In this document: in pieces, positions 47,938-57,840 of the stretch
How the letters are laid out: each line of letters opens with the position of its first letter
Position numbering within the stretch: position 1 is the stretch's first letter
Source of the DNA: a virus
Lineage: Duplodnaviria > Caudoviricetes
DNA length: 64,000 nt
Reading direction: 5' to 3' (one strand)
Virus record (IMG/VR): IMGVR_UViG_2773857716_000001
Location: 28,559-92,558 of that record
Made by a program: the position numbers and the translations under genes
The notes under the pieces: generated by a model
What the model was told of the DNA's origin: nothing
The model's database searches: none
The model's input: only the letters and a program-made list of their open reading frames with translations

Positions 47938-50202
47938 CTACTCCGCCGGGGCTTCCTCGTCGGTGGTGGGCTTGGGGCCCAGGCCGTACTCGCCTCGGGC
48001 GCCTTCCCGGGGGTGAATCTTGTCTGCCTTCTTGAGGCGGGTCAGGGCGTTGTCGAGGGTGGAGCCCTGGATGTCGGCGAGCTTTGCGATCTCGTCTTTG
48101 TGCTTGTAGATGACGTCGATGCCCAGCGGGTCGGAAACGTCCTCGAGCGCTTGGAGGATCTTGTCGTCGGCGCTGGCGGGCTTCTTGGGGGCTTCGAATC
48201 CGCTGAAGAAGGTGCTGGGCGAATCGCCGAAGTCTCCGTCTGCGCCGTCCTCGCCGAGGATGGACGTGGCGGCGATCTCGTCGCGGTTCTCCCAGTCGGG
48301 CCAGTCCGCGGGGTAGGCGACGGCCGTCTCGTCGATGTAGGGAGCGGCGGACTCGAGGGTGAAGGTGCGCATCATCTCGGCGGATCCGCCGGGGCCGAGG
48401 GTGTATCCGAGGCCGAAGGTCGAGCGGGGGTCCTTGAGGGCGACGGTCTCGTCGTAGATGAGGGGGCGGTCGACGTCCCAGGCGGCAGGGATCTGGCCGG
48501 GGTCGACGCCTTCGAATCCGGTGGTGGCGAGGTGCTGCTGGTCGGAGTCGGTACGGAGCATGACGAGGCTGCCGCCCTGGATGACATTGGTGCGCAGGGC
48601 GGTGGAGCCGCCGAGCTTGTCAGCGTTCACAGCCTGGTTGACGATCAGCAGGATGATGCCGAGGGAGCGGGCCTTGGCGGCAAGGGCCTCCAGGATGATG
48701 CGGGCTTCCTTCTTGTGGTGGTCCAGCTCGGAGAGGGGGACGTGGGCCTCGTCGAGGATGAAGCGGACCCAGGGGCGTTCCGGGGTGGCGACGAAGTTCT
48801 TCATCTTGAGGCGAGCAGACTCTTCGATGCGCCACTGCATGAGGGCGTAGGCGACGCGGAGGCCGCCCATGCAGCCGTCTTCTCCGAGGCCGTTGTAGCA
48901 GGCCATGGTTTCGACGTCGGGGTTGGAGGAGCCCTTGGGGTCGGAGTAGATGATGGCGTGGCCGTTGACGTGGTCGGCGAGGGCGGCAATCTGGACGAGT
49001 CCTCCCTTGCCGGACCCGGTAACGCCGGCGATGAAGAGGTGACGGGCGCCGAGGACGGGGTCGGTGAACTGGACGCGGGCGGGGAACCCGGAGACGTGGC
49101 GGCCGACCTGGACGTAGCCGCCTTCGGAGATCTTCAGGACGTCGGTGCCGGGGAACGGGGTGCCGTCCTCCAGGGGGTTGTGCTGCATCAGGCGGATCTC
49201 TCCGCGGCGGGGGTTGCCGGGGGTGGGTGAGTAGGAGCAGAGGAGGGTGGTGGTGCGGAGGGCTCCGGCGAGGTCGTCCTGGTTGGGGGTGACGAGGCGG
49301 GCGGTGTCTTCGTTGGCGACGACGATGGCGACCTCTCCGCCGGTGTGGGGGTCGGTCTGGACTTCTTCGAGGTGGGAGCCCTTCATGACGGCGGGGGCGA
49401 CCCACTTCTTCCAGGCCCCGGCGAGGGTGCTGGTGTCGAGTTCCGCGGGGGCGGTGAGGTTGACGGTGATGTGCTTCTCCCCTGTGTGGGCGCCGGACCT
49501 GAGGGTGATCCAGGCGGCGTCCTTGCGGTAGACGGAGGAGATCTTCTCCTCGGTGACGGTGACGGAGGATCCGACGGGGGCGGTGATGGTGCCGGTCCAG
49601 CGGTTCGGGCCGATGGTTCGGACGGTGAGTTCCTGGCCCTTGTGGGTGCCGTTGTGGGGGTTGGAGATGTGCTGGGCCCACTGCTTGAGGATGTCGTTGG
49701 CGTCGGTCGGGGCGAGTGTGTGCGCCACAGCTGCGGCCGTAGCGTGGCCCACGGAGGTCTTGCGTGCCTTGCGGCCGAAGACGTTGCGGAGCTTGAGCGG
49801 CACGAGGGCGACCGCGGCCCACCAGCCGAGGGAGACGATGCCGGGTACGGAGGGCAGGGTGAGGAGGCCGGCCATGAGGGCGTCGGCGCCGTCGGGTCCG
49901 CCGAGGGTGCCGATGCCGAGGGCCATGCCGGTGGAGAGGGTGGAAATGAACAGCGGGGAGCGGTGGGCCTGCATGATGTCTGCGGCGGGGAGGTTGTTGG
50001 CCAGGGCCTGCGGGATGCGGCGCATGTAGTTGGCGGCCATGAATCCGGCTGCGCCTCCGTAGGCGAGGGTCGCGGTGAACGCTGCGCCGCCGTCGAGGAA
50101 CGGGGCGACGACGCCGACGGCTACGGGGGCTGCGGATGTAGCGAAGGCGACGGCTCGTTCGGTGGATGCTGTGCGGGGGGTGGTGGCGGCGGGCGTGTTC
50201 AC
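47938..50202 (-). CDS. traB: FtsK/SpoIIIE-family conjugative DNA translocase (TraB-type)
   Basis: N-terminal TM helices, AGVTGSGKG Walker A, ILDEAH Walker B, KARSLGI, C-terminal wHTH. Confidence 0.85.
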   Translation of the reverse strand: MNTPAATTPRTASTERAVAFATSAAPVAVGVVAPFLDGGAAFTATLAYGGAAGFMAANYMRRIPQALANNLPAADIMQAHRSPLFISTLSTGMALGIGTLGGPDGADALMAGLLTLPSVPGIVSLGWWAAVALVPLKLRNVFGRKARKTSVGHATAAAVAHTLAPTDANDILKQWAQHISNPHNGTHKGQELTVRTIGPNRWTGTITAPVGSSVTVTEEKISSVYRKDAAWITLRSGAHTGEKHITVNLTAPAELDTSTLAGAWKKWVAPAVMKGSHLEEVQTDPHTGGEVAIVVANEDTARLVTPNQDDLAGALRTTTLLCSYSPTPGNPRRGEIRLMQHNPLEDGTPFPGTDVLKISEGGYVQVGRHVSGFPARVQFTDPVLGARHLFIAGVTGSGKGGLVQIAALADHVNGHAIIYSDPKGSSNPDVETMACYNGLGEDGCMGGLRVAYALMQWRIEESARLKMKNFVATPERPWVRFILDEAHVPLSELDHHKKEARIILEALAAKARSLGIILLIVNQAVNADKLGGSTALRTNVIQGGSLVMLRTDSDQQHLATTGFEGVDPGQIPAAWDVDRPLIYDETVALKDPRSTFGLGYTLGPGGSAEMMRTFTLESAAPYIDETAVAYPADWPDWENRDEIAATSILGEDGADGDFGDSPSTFFSGFEAPKKPASADDKILQALEDVSDPLGIDVIYKHKDEIAKLADIQGSTLDNALTRLKKADKIHPREGARGEYGLGPKPTTDEEAPAE

Positions 50203-50287
50203 GGGGATACTCCTGGGTGCGGGTCGTAGTGGCCTGGGTTAGAGGGCGGGACCGGGGGCTTCCGGTCCCGCCCGCCGCATTGGGCGG

Positions 50288-50665
50288 TTAGCCCTGGCGG
50301 AGCCATTCGCGGTCGAGGTGGCTCATGTCGAGCGCGGCCCTGGCGAACGCTTCCTGGATGCCGCCGTGGGTGGTGTGGGCCTGGATGGCTGCGGCGTTGG
50401 CGGACTTGGCGGTGTTGCCGCCGGCGGAGGCGTAGGCGATGGCCGCTTCGGAGACGCCGTTCATGAGGCGCGACAGGTCGCGGGTCTCGCCGACGGTGGC
50501 GGTGTCGACGCCCATCCCGGCGATCATCTCTGCGATGCGGGCGGTGTCCTTGGCCTCTTCGTCGATCTGCTGGGCTTTGCCGCGGATAGCGTCTGAGGCG
50601 CGGGTGACCTCCTTGGCGAGGCCTTCGACGGCGGCCTTGAGTTGCTTGTAGGTGATGTCAGCCAT
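50288..50665 (-). CDS. small helical transfer-associated protein
   Basis: Upstream of the translocase; THGGIQEA; resembles the C-terminus of the preceding gene. Confidence 0.6.
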   Translation of the reverse strand: MADITYKQLKAAVEGLAKEVTRASDAIRGKAQQIDEEAKDTARIAEMIAGMGVDTATVGETRDLSRLMNGVSEAAIAYASAGGNTAKSANAAAIQAHTTHGGIQEAFARAALDMSHLDREWLRQG

Positions 50666-52565
50666 GGGTGGTGGCTCCGTCCTTGTAGAAGTCCATTTCT
50701 CCGGGTACTTCCTCGTCGGAGTCGACGACGGCCTTGTACATGGCGCCGTATCGGGTCTGGGCGTTGGCGAGGACTGCGGCGCAGCCGTCGGCGGCGCGGA
50801 CTGCGCGCTTGTGGATCTCTTCGGCCAGGTCGGCCTGGACCTTCGCCGCGTCCGCGGTCTTGACCAGGGAGGCGATCAGCTTCTCCCCGCCTTTGACGGA
50901 CTTGGTTGCCTCCATGAGCGCGGTGGCCTTCTGGGACTGTGCCTCGGCGTGGGCTTTGAGTAGCTTCGTGCCCTCGGCGACCTTCTTCATGGACGTCGCC
51001 TTGGCCTCGAGGCGGCGTTCGAAGTGCTTGAGGGACCGGACTTCGCCGCGGCTGAGGGAGTTTCGGTCGGCGCCTTCGCCCAGCCAGACGGTGTCTGCGT
51101 CGACGCCTTTCACTTCGATGGGTTGGGGCTTGTGATGGTCGGCGCTGGTGCCGGCTCCGCTCACGTCCTGCTCCTTGTCTCGGGCTGCTTCCCGTGCCTT
51201 CTTGCGTTTTTCGTGGGCTTTGTCGAGCTGAGCTTTCTGCCGGTCGGCGGCCTCGGTGACGTCGTTCCAGCCGTCCTTGACGCCGTCGCAGTACGCCTTG
51301 GCGTGGGCGACGCAGGTGGCGGCGCGGATTCCGTCGCGGTAGCCGGTTGCGCGGGACTCCCTGGTGGTGAAGGGCTTGCCGACGGTTTTCTTTCCGTCGG
51401 CCTGCTTCCTGGTCTCGGCCTTGGACTTGGGCTGTGCGGTCTTGTCGTCCTTGGCCTTGCTGTCCTTGCTGTCCTTGGGCGTCTTGTCGGTCTTGGTGGC
51501 TGGTGAGTCCGGTTCGGGGTTTTTGCCGGTGGGCGCTTCGGCCGGGTCAGGCTTGCCGGGCTTCTCCCCAGGCCTTTTGGTGAGGTCGGTCTTGCTGGCC
51601 TTCCCGCCCTTGGTGTCGGCGCTGCCCTTGCCGGAGGTAGCCTTGGGGCTCTTGCCGTCCTTGCTGGCGGCCGCGGGGCTGGGCCCCTTGGCGCTGCCGC
51701 CGTTGGTGGAGGTGCCGTTTTTGCCGCTGCTTCCGGTCGGGCCGGTAGTGCCGTTCTTGCTGCCGCTCGCCCCGCCACCGTGGTGGTGGTCCTTGCCCTT
51801 GGTCAGGTCGGCCTTGGAGGGCTTCGGGTCGCGTCCGCTGCTTCCGTCTGTCTTGGGGCACTTGGGGGCGGCGCCACCGCGGCCGCTACTGCTGCTGTCG
51901 CCGTCGCCGCCGGCAGACCCGCCCGCCCCGCGTCCGCCAGTTCCCGATCCGGAGCCGGCACCGCCCCCAGACCGTCCCGCCGGGCCCTTGTGGGCGTGTC
52001 CGTTGGAATTCCCCTGGCTCTTCACCGGCCCCTTGGCTGGCCCCTTCCCGGATGCGCCGGAGCTGCCAGATCCCCCTCCTCCCGAATTACCCTTGCCGCC
52101 GCCAGATTTCCCGCTCCCGTTGGATCCTGCATTCCCTTTTCCGGGAAGCAGGCCGCTGGAGCGGTTTACGGAAACCTGCCTGTTTTCCTTCACCTGATGC
52201 GCGGCGGCTTTCGCCTTCAGCATGTCGAGGCGCTTATTGTGCGCACCGCCGCCCTTTCCCCAACGGGCTGCACCGGCAAGGAGCCAGGCGCGCCAGATGC
52301 TTTTCTTGTCGATGGTGGTGCTGCTCTTGTGGCCGGGGCCGGCTGCTTCTTCGGTGCCGTGGTAGGCCGCGCTGGACGCGGCCGCGACGGCCTCCTCGGC
52401 CGTCCCGTCAGATGCCGCGGGTGCGGGGATGTCGAAGGTGGCAGGCCGGGCGGGCTCGACGGGGGCGAGCATGGATGCGAGCAGCCCGGAGGGGCCGTTG
52501 CCGGTGCTGGTGTTGGGCGGGTCGTTGGGGTCGGGAACGGCCGCGGGGACGGTGGCGGTTGCCAT
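50658..52565 (-). CDS. transfer-associated protein with long G/S/K low-complexity region and helical C-terminus
   Basis: Composition and position in the tra operon. Confidence 0.6.
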   Translation of the reverse strand: MATATVPAAVPDPNDPPNTSTGNGPSGLLASMLAPVEPARPATFDIPAPAASDGTAEEAVAAASSAAYHGTEEAAGPGHKSSTTIDKKSIWRAWLLAGAARWGKGGGAHNKRLDMLKAKAAAHQVKENRQVSVNRSSGLLPGKGNAGSNGSGKSGGGKGNSGGGGSGSSGASGKGPAKGPVKSQGNSNGHAHKGPAGRSGGGAGSGSGTGGRGAGGSAGGDGDSSSSGRGGAAPKCPKTDGSSGRDPKPSKADLTKGKDHHHGGGASGSKNGTTGPTGSSGKNGTSTNGGSAKGPSPAAASKDGKSPKATSGKGSADTKGGKASKTDLTKRPGEKPGKPDPAEAPTGKNPEPDSPATKTDKTPKDSKDSKAKDDKTAQPKSKAETRKQADGKKTVGKPFTTRESRATGYRDGIRAATCVAHAKAYCDGVKDGWNDVTEAADRQKAQLDKAHEKRKKAREAARDKEQDVSGAGTSADHHKPQPIEVKGVDADTVWLGEGADRNSLSRGEVRSLKHFERRLEAKATSMKKVAEGTKLLKAHAEAQSQKATALMEATKSVKGGEKLIASLVKTADAAKVQADLAEEIHKRAVRAADGCAAVLANAQTRYGAMYKAVVDSDEEVPGEMDFYKDGATTHG

Positions 52566-52604
52566 CACACTCCTCACTCTCGGTAGCTGACGTGGTTGCG
52601 GTGG

Positions 52605-52704
52605 AGTTCTTACTCCTCATCCCTCGGCCCGAAAAAGCTGTCCTGGCGGGCTCTAGGGGGTCGAGAGGAGGTCTTTTCGGGCTGAAGGAAGAGGAGTAAG
52701 AACT
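52605..52704. repeat. 100-bp imperfect palindrome
   Basis: Perfect outer arms agttcttactcctc/gaggagtaagaact; inner arms gcccgaaaa/ttttcgggc. Confidence 0.8.
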
Positions 52705-53299
52705 AGGCGGGGTTACTCCGCGTGCCCTTCTTCACGGCGACCACGAGGGCCACGGCGAGGACGCCACCGCCGACCAGGAGGCCCTGGTTGACGCCGCCGG
52801 CGCCGTTGTCGGTGGCGGTCTGCGAGGCGCCTGCCGCCTCCATGTCACCGCCGGCGACGGTGTCCGGGTACTGGGTCTGGCAGGCCTCGACGACGTCCCG
52901 GTAGGTGGTTCCGAGGACCTTGCCGACCTGGTCGTCGTGGCTCTTCACGCACGAGTCGATGGAGGCCTGGCGGGCGTTGGCCTGCTTGTTCTGCGCCTTC
53001 TTGTTGGCCTCGCTAGCCCTGTTCAGCTCGCGCATCTTCTGGATTTCCAGTGCCTGTGCCTTCAGCGCGATTTCCTGCGCTTTGACTTCGTTGGCGGCGT
53101 GGGTCTGGTAGCCGATCAGGCCGCCGCCTGCGATGACGGTGGCGCCGATTCCGAGGGCGACCTTTCCGCGCTTTGTCAGGCCGGGCTTTGCGGCCTGCGC
53201 GGGTCCGCCATAGGGGGTGTTGTCGACGTATTCGGCGGGGTAGTTCACGGGGAATTCCTTGCTCATCATGCGGTCGAATTCGGGGTCGGGGGCAGGCAT
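52703..53299 (-). CDS. two-TM membrane protein (spread/transfer-like)
   Basis: TM, coiled coil, C..C pair, C-terminal TM with basic tail. Confidence 0.6.
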   Translation of the reverse strand: MPAPDPEFDRMMSKEFPVNYPAEYVDNTPYGGPAQAAKPGLTKRGKVALGIGATVIAGGGLIGYQTHAANEVKAQEIALKAQALEIQKMRELNRASEANKKAQNKQANARQASIDSCVKSHDDQVGKVLGTTYRDVVEACQTQYPDTVAGGDMEAAGASQTATDNGAGGVNQGLLVGGGVLAVALVVAVKKGTRSNPA

Positions 53300-53300
53300 T

Positions 53301-53819
53301 TCATTCTCCGTTTTCTCGGGCGGTGCGGGCGGCGGCTTCGAGGAGGGTCTGGATGGTGGAAAACTGCTGGTCGGGGAGGTCGTTCCAGGCGAAGTACTGC
53401 ATGGTGATTCCGGCCTGATGGAGGGTCTGCTGGAGGTAGTGGACGGCCCGGTCACGGGCTTGGGGGGTGACGTGACCGGTCTTCTCCAGCACGTTCATGG
53501 CGCCGCGGATGCACAGCCGGCCGGTGGCGGTGACGTCGAGGGACTGGCACCAGCCGTAGCGGCGGAGTACGGCGAGGACCTGCTCAAGGTGGACGGAAGG
53601 GCGTTGGGGGGTGGGGTCCTGCCACAGGCCGAGGTCGGCGAGCAGGCCCCGCACGGTGGCGGGGAGGAGGCGGTGGGACCAGGACGGGGTCTCGGAGGTC
53701 ACCGGCGGGAGACCGCGGAGGGCTTCGTCGACCAGCTGCCGGGTGGTCTTCGTGCGAACCGGGGCGGCACTCGAGGGCGCCGTCCGCGTTGTCTGGTCGA
53801 AGGTGGTGGTGCGGCTCAT
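53301..53819 (-). CDS. DUF6197-like protein
   Basis: GWCQ...GRLCIRGA...AWND. Confidence 0.55.
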   Translation of the reverse strand: MSRTTTFDQTTRTAPSSAAPVRTKTTRQLVDEALRGLPPVTSETPSWSHRLLPATVRGLLADLGLWQDPTPQRPSVHLEQVLAVLRRYGWCQSLDVTATGRLCIRGAMNVLEKTGHVTPQARDRAVHYLQQTLHQAGITMQYFAWNDLPDQQFSTIQTLLEAAARTARENGE

Positions 53820-53856
53820 GGCGGCCTCCTTCCGGGGGTGGTGGGCGGCGCGGCGG

Positions 53857-55050
53857 TTACGCGTTGTTGCCGGTGACCTTGGTGTGGACGTCCTTGTAGA
53901 GGGCGCGAATGTCGTCGGTCTTCAGCCCGTAGCCGGCATCGCGCCATGCCTTCTCGAAGGCGTTCTGCGAGGGGGCCGGGCCGGTCTTGCGGAGGTCGAA
54001 GTAGAGGTCGAAAGCGAGGGTGCGCCGGTCGGTCTCGCCTGCGTCGGGCCCCTGGCTCGCCTGCGCCTCGCCCGGGTTCGCCTCGGGCGCGCCTTCACCT
54101 CGCCCTGTGGTGCGCCCCGGTGCGCCCTCGCTGGTCAGAGCGCTGATGTCGTCGGGCGCGGCCTCCGGTGCGCCCTGCGGGCCGCTGGCGGGGCGCAGGG
54201 ACCGCAGGACGTAGGTCTCGTCCCGGGAAGGGAGGTTTTTGAAGGCCCGCATCCGGTCGATGCGGGTCGTGATTCGCAGCTCGATGCCGAGCTCGTCGAG
54301 GGTGTCGCCGAGGCCGTGGAAGGAGGCGTCGCCGGCGCGCATCAGGGCCTTGTTGTAGCGGTGCTGGCTCATGTACCAGGGCTTACCGAGAGTGGTGAGG
54401 GTGGCGAGCTTGTCCTGGGCGTTGCGGCGGCTGATGGACTCGGCGTCCGCGCCGCGGGAGCCGATGCCGAGCTTGGATTCGAGGCGCTTCATCCGGTCGC
54501 GCCAGGCACGGGCGAGCATCCCGTCGGACTTGATCTCGATCTTGCCGAGCTTGGCTTCGAGGCCGAGCAGCTTGTGCAGGCCGTAGGCGAGCATGACCGG
54601 CCCGACGATGCGGACCAGTGCGGTGCCGAGGTCCTCGTGCTCCTGGCGGACGACCTCGGTGGCGCCGACGGCCTGGGCGAAGACGAGGAAGTAGGCGGTG
54701 CGGGCGGCGCCCTTGTCGTTGAAGGCCCAGGAGTAGATGGACAGGCCCATGACGATGGCTTCGAGGACGAGGCCGACGGTCATGTGCCAGGGCGAGTCCA
54801 TGTGGAGGCGCTTCTCGGCGAAGCGGGAGGAGGTGTTGGTGGAGAGGGCGAGGCCGGCGGCGACGACGAGGCCCATGCCGAGGAAGCCGGTGCGGGCGCG
54901 GCGCTTCTTGGCGTCGTGGGGCTGCTTGCGGTCGGTGCGGACGCGGGTCTTTGCGATGCGGTAGCCGAAGGTGAGGGTGAGCAGGGCGAGCAGGACGGCC
55001 CATGCTTCTCCGGGCACCTGCGCGACCGCGTGCAGCATCTGGGAAAGCAT
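53857..55050 (-). CDS. SpdB-like multi-TM spread protein with C-terminal HTH-like segment
   Basis: Several TM helices, RIVGPVML; located in the tra operon. Confidence 0.55.
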   Translation of the reverse strand: MLSQMLHAVAQVPGEAWAVLLALLTLTFGYRIAKTRVRTDRKQPHDAKKRRARTGFLGMGLVVAAGLALSTNTSSRFAEKRLHMDSPWHMTVGLVLEAIVMGLSIYSWAFNDKGAARTAYFLVFAQAVGATEVVRQEHEDLGTALVRIVGPVMLAYGLHKLLGLEAKLGKIEIKSDGMLARAWRDRMKRLESKLGIGSRGADAESISRRNAQDKLATLTTLGKPWYMSQHRYNKALMRAGDASFHGLGDTLDELGIELRITTRIDRMRAFKNLPSRDETYVLRSLRPASGPQGAPEAAPDDISALTSEGAPGRTTGRGEGAPEANPGEAQASQGPDAGETDRRTLAFDLYFDLRKTGPAPSQNAFEKAWRDAGYGLKTDDIRALYKDVHTKVTGNNA

Positions 55051-55121
55051 GGGCGGCGGTGTCCTTTCGGGCGCGGGGTGCGGGGCCCGGTGTCGGCTTC
55101 CGGGCCCCGCGGGAGGGGTGG

Positions 55122-55328
55122 TCAGGCGGTGAGCTTGTCGGCGGCGGTCTTGAGGGGGCCGCCGGCGGCGTCGAGTGCCGCGCGGGCGGTGTAGGCGGCA
55201 TCCACGACGCGGTTGATGTCGGTGTCGGTCATGCCTGCGGGGTCGTGGGCGGCTCCGGACTGGGCGAGGGCGGTGTGGAGGTTGTTGATGGCGTTGATGG
55301 CGGCGGTTTCGGCCTTGGGCGGTGCCAT
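55122..55328 (-). CDS. small hypothetical protein
   Basis: AGGAGA RBS. Confidence 0.55.
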   Translation of the reverse strand: MAPPKAETAAINAINNLHTALAQSGAAHDPAGMTDTDINRVVDAAYTARAALDAAGGPLKTAADKLTA

Positions 55329-55399
55329 GGGGTCTCCTATGCGGGGTCGGTGGGTGGGGCCCGGCCTGTCGGCTCGACCGGGCCCCGGTCGGTGGGTGG

Positions 55400-55579
55400 C
55401 TAGCGCCGGTACCAGGGCACCGACTTCTCGGTCTCGTTCACGCGGGCGTTCAGCTCGCGGTAGGTGTCGGTCTCGTGGCTGATGCCGGCCTTCTTCTCGG
55501 CGGCCTGGTTGTTGTGGAGGGCCTGCTTGGCGGCGCGGTGTTCGGCGCGGGCCTGCTTGCGTTCGGCCTTGCTGCTCAT
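55400..55579 (-). CDS. 59-aa hypothetical protein
   Basis: MSSKAERKQARAEH...VPWYRR; CAGGAG RBS. Confidence 0.55.
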   Translation of the reverse strand: MSSKAERKQARAEHRAAKQALHNNQAAEKKAGISHETDTYRELNARVNETEKSVPWYRR

Positions 55580-55625
55580 CGTGTTCTCCTGTCTCGGGTG
55601 CAGTGCGGAGGCTGGGGTGGGTCTC

Positions 55626-56471
55626 TCAGGCGCGGTAGACGGCCGGGCGGACGCCCGCGCGGAGCTCGCGGATGATCGAGCAGGGGCCCTTGGTCGCGCA
55701 GTACGCGTCGTCGGTGTCCGGCAGAGGGTTGCTCGTCATGCCGAGGCGGTTCTTCGCTACGGCGTTGACGACGCGCAGCATCTCGCCGCCGTTCGGCCGG
55801 CAGGAGCTGTTCCTGTCGCCGACGCCGTGGCGGTGAGCGCTCACAATGTGCTGCCGGGCCTGCCGGGCCGCCCAACGTCGGCTGTAGGGGCCGTTGTTCT
55901 CGCGCACGTGCCCGGAGTCGTGGAACGTGTCCTTGTGGCAGGCGGTGCAGTGGTAAGTGACCATCTGGGTCGTGTCGCTGTCGGGCAGCCACTTGCCTTC
56001 GAACTCGTAGACGATGACCTCGGCGCCCGGAACCTCGGTGTGCGCGAAGGCGGTGACGAGGCCGACGCCGTCCGCGATTGCTCCGCGGGCTGCCTGGTTC
56101 CAGAAGACGCGGGGCAGGAACTCGTCCCAGCCCTTGCCGTGGGGCCACTGTGCGTACGTGACGCCCTGCTGGGCATCGAACGTCGCCTTGCCGTCGACGT
56201 TGTCGCGCTTGTACTGCTCGATCTGCTCGATCGACCCGAAGTAGGTGGCGCTGAACTCCTCGGACTCCAGGAAGATCAGTCCGTAGCCCTCGGGGCGGGT
56301 GTCGTGGCCGTTGTCCTTCAGCATCTCGACCATGTCCTCGTAGCCCGGGTTGCCGGGGGCGATGGTGCCGACGAGCGGCAGCCGGTAGCGGTCGCAGCTG
56401 GTGACGTGGGTCGGGTTCGTGTCGCTGACGTTGTGCGGGGTGCCGTACGTGTTCCGGATCGTGGTGGCCAT
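55626..56471 (-). CDS. hypothetical protein with Cys/His motifs
   Basis: Start MATTIRN after AGGAG; YHCTACH. Confidence 0.65.
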   Translation of the reverse strand: MATTIRNTYGTPHNVSDTNPTHVTSCDRYRLPLVGTIAPGNPGYEDMVEMLKDNGHDTRPEGYGLIFLESEEFSATYFGSIEQIEQYKRDNVDGKATFDAQQGVTYAQWPHGKGWDEFLPRVFWNQAARGAIADGVGLVTAFAHTEVPGAEVIVYEFEGKWLPDSDTTQMVTYHCTACHKDTFHDSGHVRENNGPYSRRWAARQARQHIVSAHRHGVGDRNSSCRPNGGEMLRVVNAVAKNRLGMTSNPLPDTDDAYCATKGPCSIIRELRAGVRPAVYRA

Positions 56472-56481
56472 GTCGGTGCTC

Positions 56482-56850
56482 CTATGCGGGGTCGAGGTGC
56501 CAGGCGGCCTTGTCGGCGGCGGCCTGATCGGCGATGTGGGTGAGGCCGGCGGCCAAGGCCAGCAGCTGGTCGGCGAGGGAGTTGAGGGCGCTCTGGGCAC
56601 CGTCACGGTCGTTGGGGGCGAGGTCCTGGACGGTGTCGCTGCTGGCCATGCCCTGCGCGATGAGGGCGAGGAGGCGGAGGAAGCTGTCGTCTCCGAAGAG
56701 CCGGGGCGCGACGGCGGCAAGGCCGTCGGTGTCCAGGTCGGCGTGGTGGAGGGCGACCGTGTTGCTGATGATCTGGTCGAGGAGGGGGTGGGCGCCGTAC
56801 AGGCCGCCGGACAGTTCGTGGATCGCGGTGGTGAGGTCGTCGCGGGTCAT
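56482..56850 (-). CDS. hypothetical protein
   Basis: Coupled ORF. Confidence 0.55.
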   Translation of the reverse strand: MTRDDLTTAIHELSGGLYGAHPLLDQIISNTVALHHADLDTDGLAAVAPRLFGDDSFLRLLALIAQGMASSDTVQDLAPNDRDGAQSALNSLADQLLALAAGLTHIADQAAADKAAWHLDPA

Positions 56851-57029
56851 GCGGTGCCGCCTTCGAGCGGGTCGACGAGGGTCTGGAATGCGGCGAAGGA
56901 GGCGTCGGGGTCGGCGGAGTGGTCGTAGACGTCGGCGAGGAGGTCGAGGGGGTGGATGGCCCAGAAGGTGAGCTCGATTTCGGCTTCGAGGTCGAGGTCG
57001 ACGGGCTCGGGGGCCGCGGCGGCGGTCAT
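56847..57029 (-). CDS. small acidic protein
   Basis: Coupled ORF with ATGA overlaps. Confidence 0.5.
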   Translation of the reverse strand: MTAAAAPEPVDLDLEAEIELTFWAIHPLDLLADVYDHSADPDASFAAFQTLVDPLEGGTA

Positions 57030-57268
57030 GCCGCGTCTCCGGCCTTGCGTGCCTTGCGGTAGTAGCTGACGGTCGCGCTGGCCAGGAGCAGCAGGGTGAC
57101 GGTGAAGACGCCCGCCCAGTACTGGTCGCCCTGGATGACATACCGGGCAAGGAGGAAGGCGGTGCCGATGGTCGAGAGACCGGAGGCCTTGTAGCGGGCG
57201 ATGCGGTTGACGGTGAGGAATCCGCCGGCCAGGAACAGGGTGCCGATGAGGGCGAGCGCGTAGATCAT
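57026..57268 (-). CDS. small three-TM membrane protein
   Basis: Hydrophobic segments. Confidence 0.6.
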   Translation of the reverse strand: MIYALALIGTLFLAGGFLTVNRIARYKASGLSTIGTAFLLARYVIQGDQYWAGVFTVTLLLLASATVSYYRKARKAGDAA

Positions 57269-57642
57269 CGGGCACCGCCAGCAAGGGCCAGGAGACGCGA
57301 GGCCGGGGGGAACACGGCGTCCATGAGGGCGGTCAGGCCGTCGTCGCCGGCCAGCCGGTCAGCGGCCTCGCGGTACACGGCGGTCAGGGTGCGGACGACG
57401 TGGTCGGGGAGCTGTCCTCCGCCGATCAGGTCCCCAGTGTCCGGGTCGCTGATGGCGTGGACCGCGGCCGGGTCGCCGAGGCTTCCGTTCGGGGCGGCGG
57501 CCATCGCGGCCTGGACAAGGCCGGCGAACGCGACGGCGTTCTCAAGCAGCAGCTCGTCGGCCTGGTTGCGGATCGGGACCACCGGGCGCGCCGTACGCGG
57601 GGCGCGGGACCGGATGTCGGCGGTTGTGAGACCCTTGCTCAT
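57265..57642 (-). CDS. hypothetical protein, first gene of the leftward operon
   Basis: CAGGAGGT RBS. Confidence 0.55.
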   Translation of the reverse strand: MSKGLTTADIRSRAPRTARPVVPIRNQADELLLENAVAFAGLVQAAMAAAPNGSLGDPAAVHAISDPDTGDLIGGGQLPDHVVRTLTAVYREAADRLAGDDGLTALMDAVFPPASRLLALAGGAR

Positions 57643-57764
57643 ACGGATCGGACCTCCTGGTTGTGCAGGTAGGGCTGGTCTTCGAGGCCCTGGGCCGTGG
57701 TGCGGACACACCACGTCACCCGGGGCCTTTTGCGTGCCGCCGTGGTGGCGACACATCTGAAGTT

Positions 57765-57785
57765 ACTCGCACTCTCAGTGCGAGT
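57765..57785. promoter_or_regulatory. palindromic operator in a divergent promoter region
   Basis: ACTCGCACT-ctc-AGTGCGAGT perfect 9-3-9 dyad. Confidence 0.65.
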
Positions 57786-57840
57786 CAACACACTTCCTCT
57801 TTAGAGTTAGCACGTGTAGTGTTAGTGCCAGGATTGGCCC

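Noticed and set aside
52605-52704. Palindrome as a protelomerase (telRL-type) target
   Set aside because: The centre is not a perfect palindrome, and no protelomerase gene was recognised in the window
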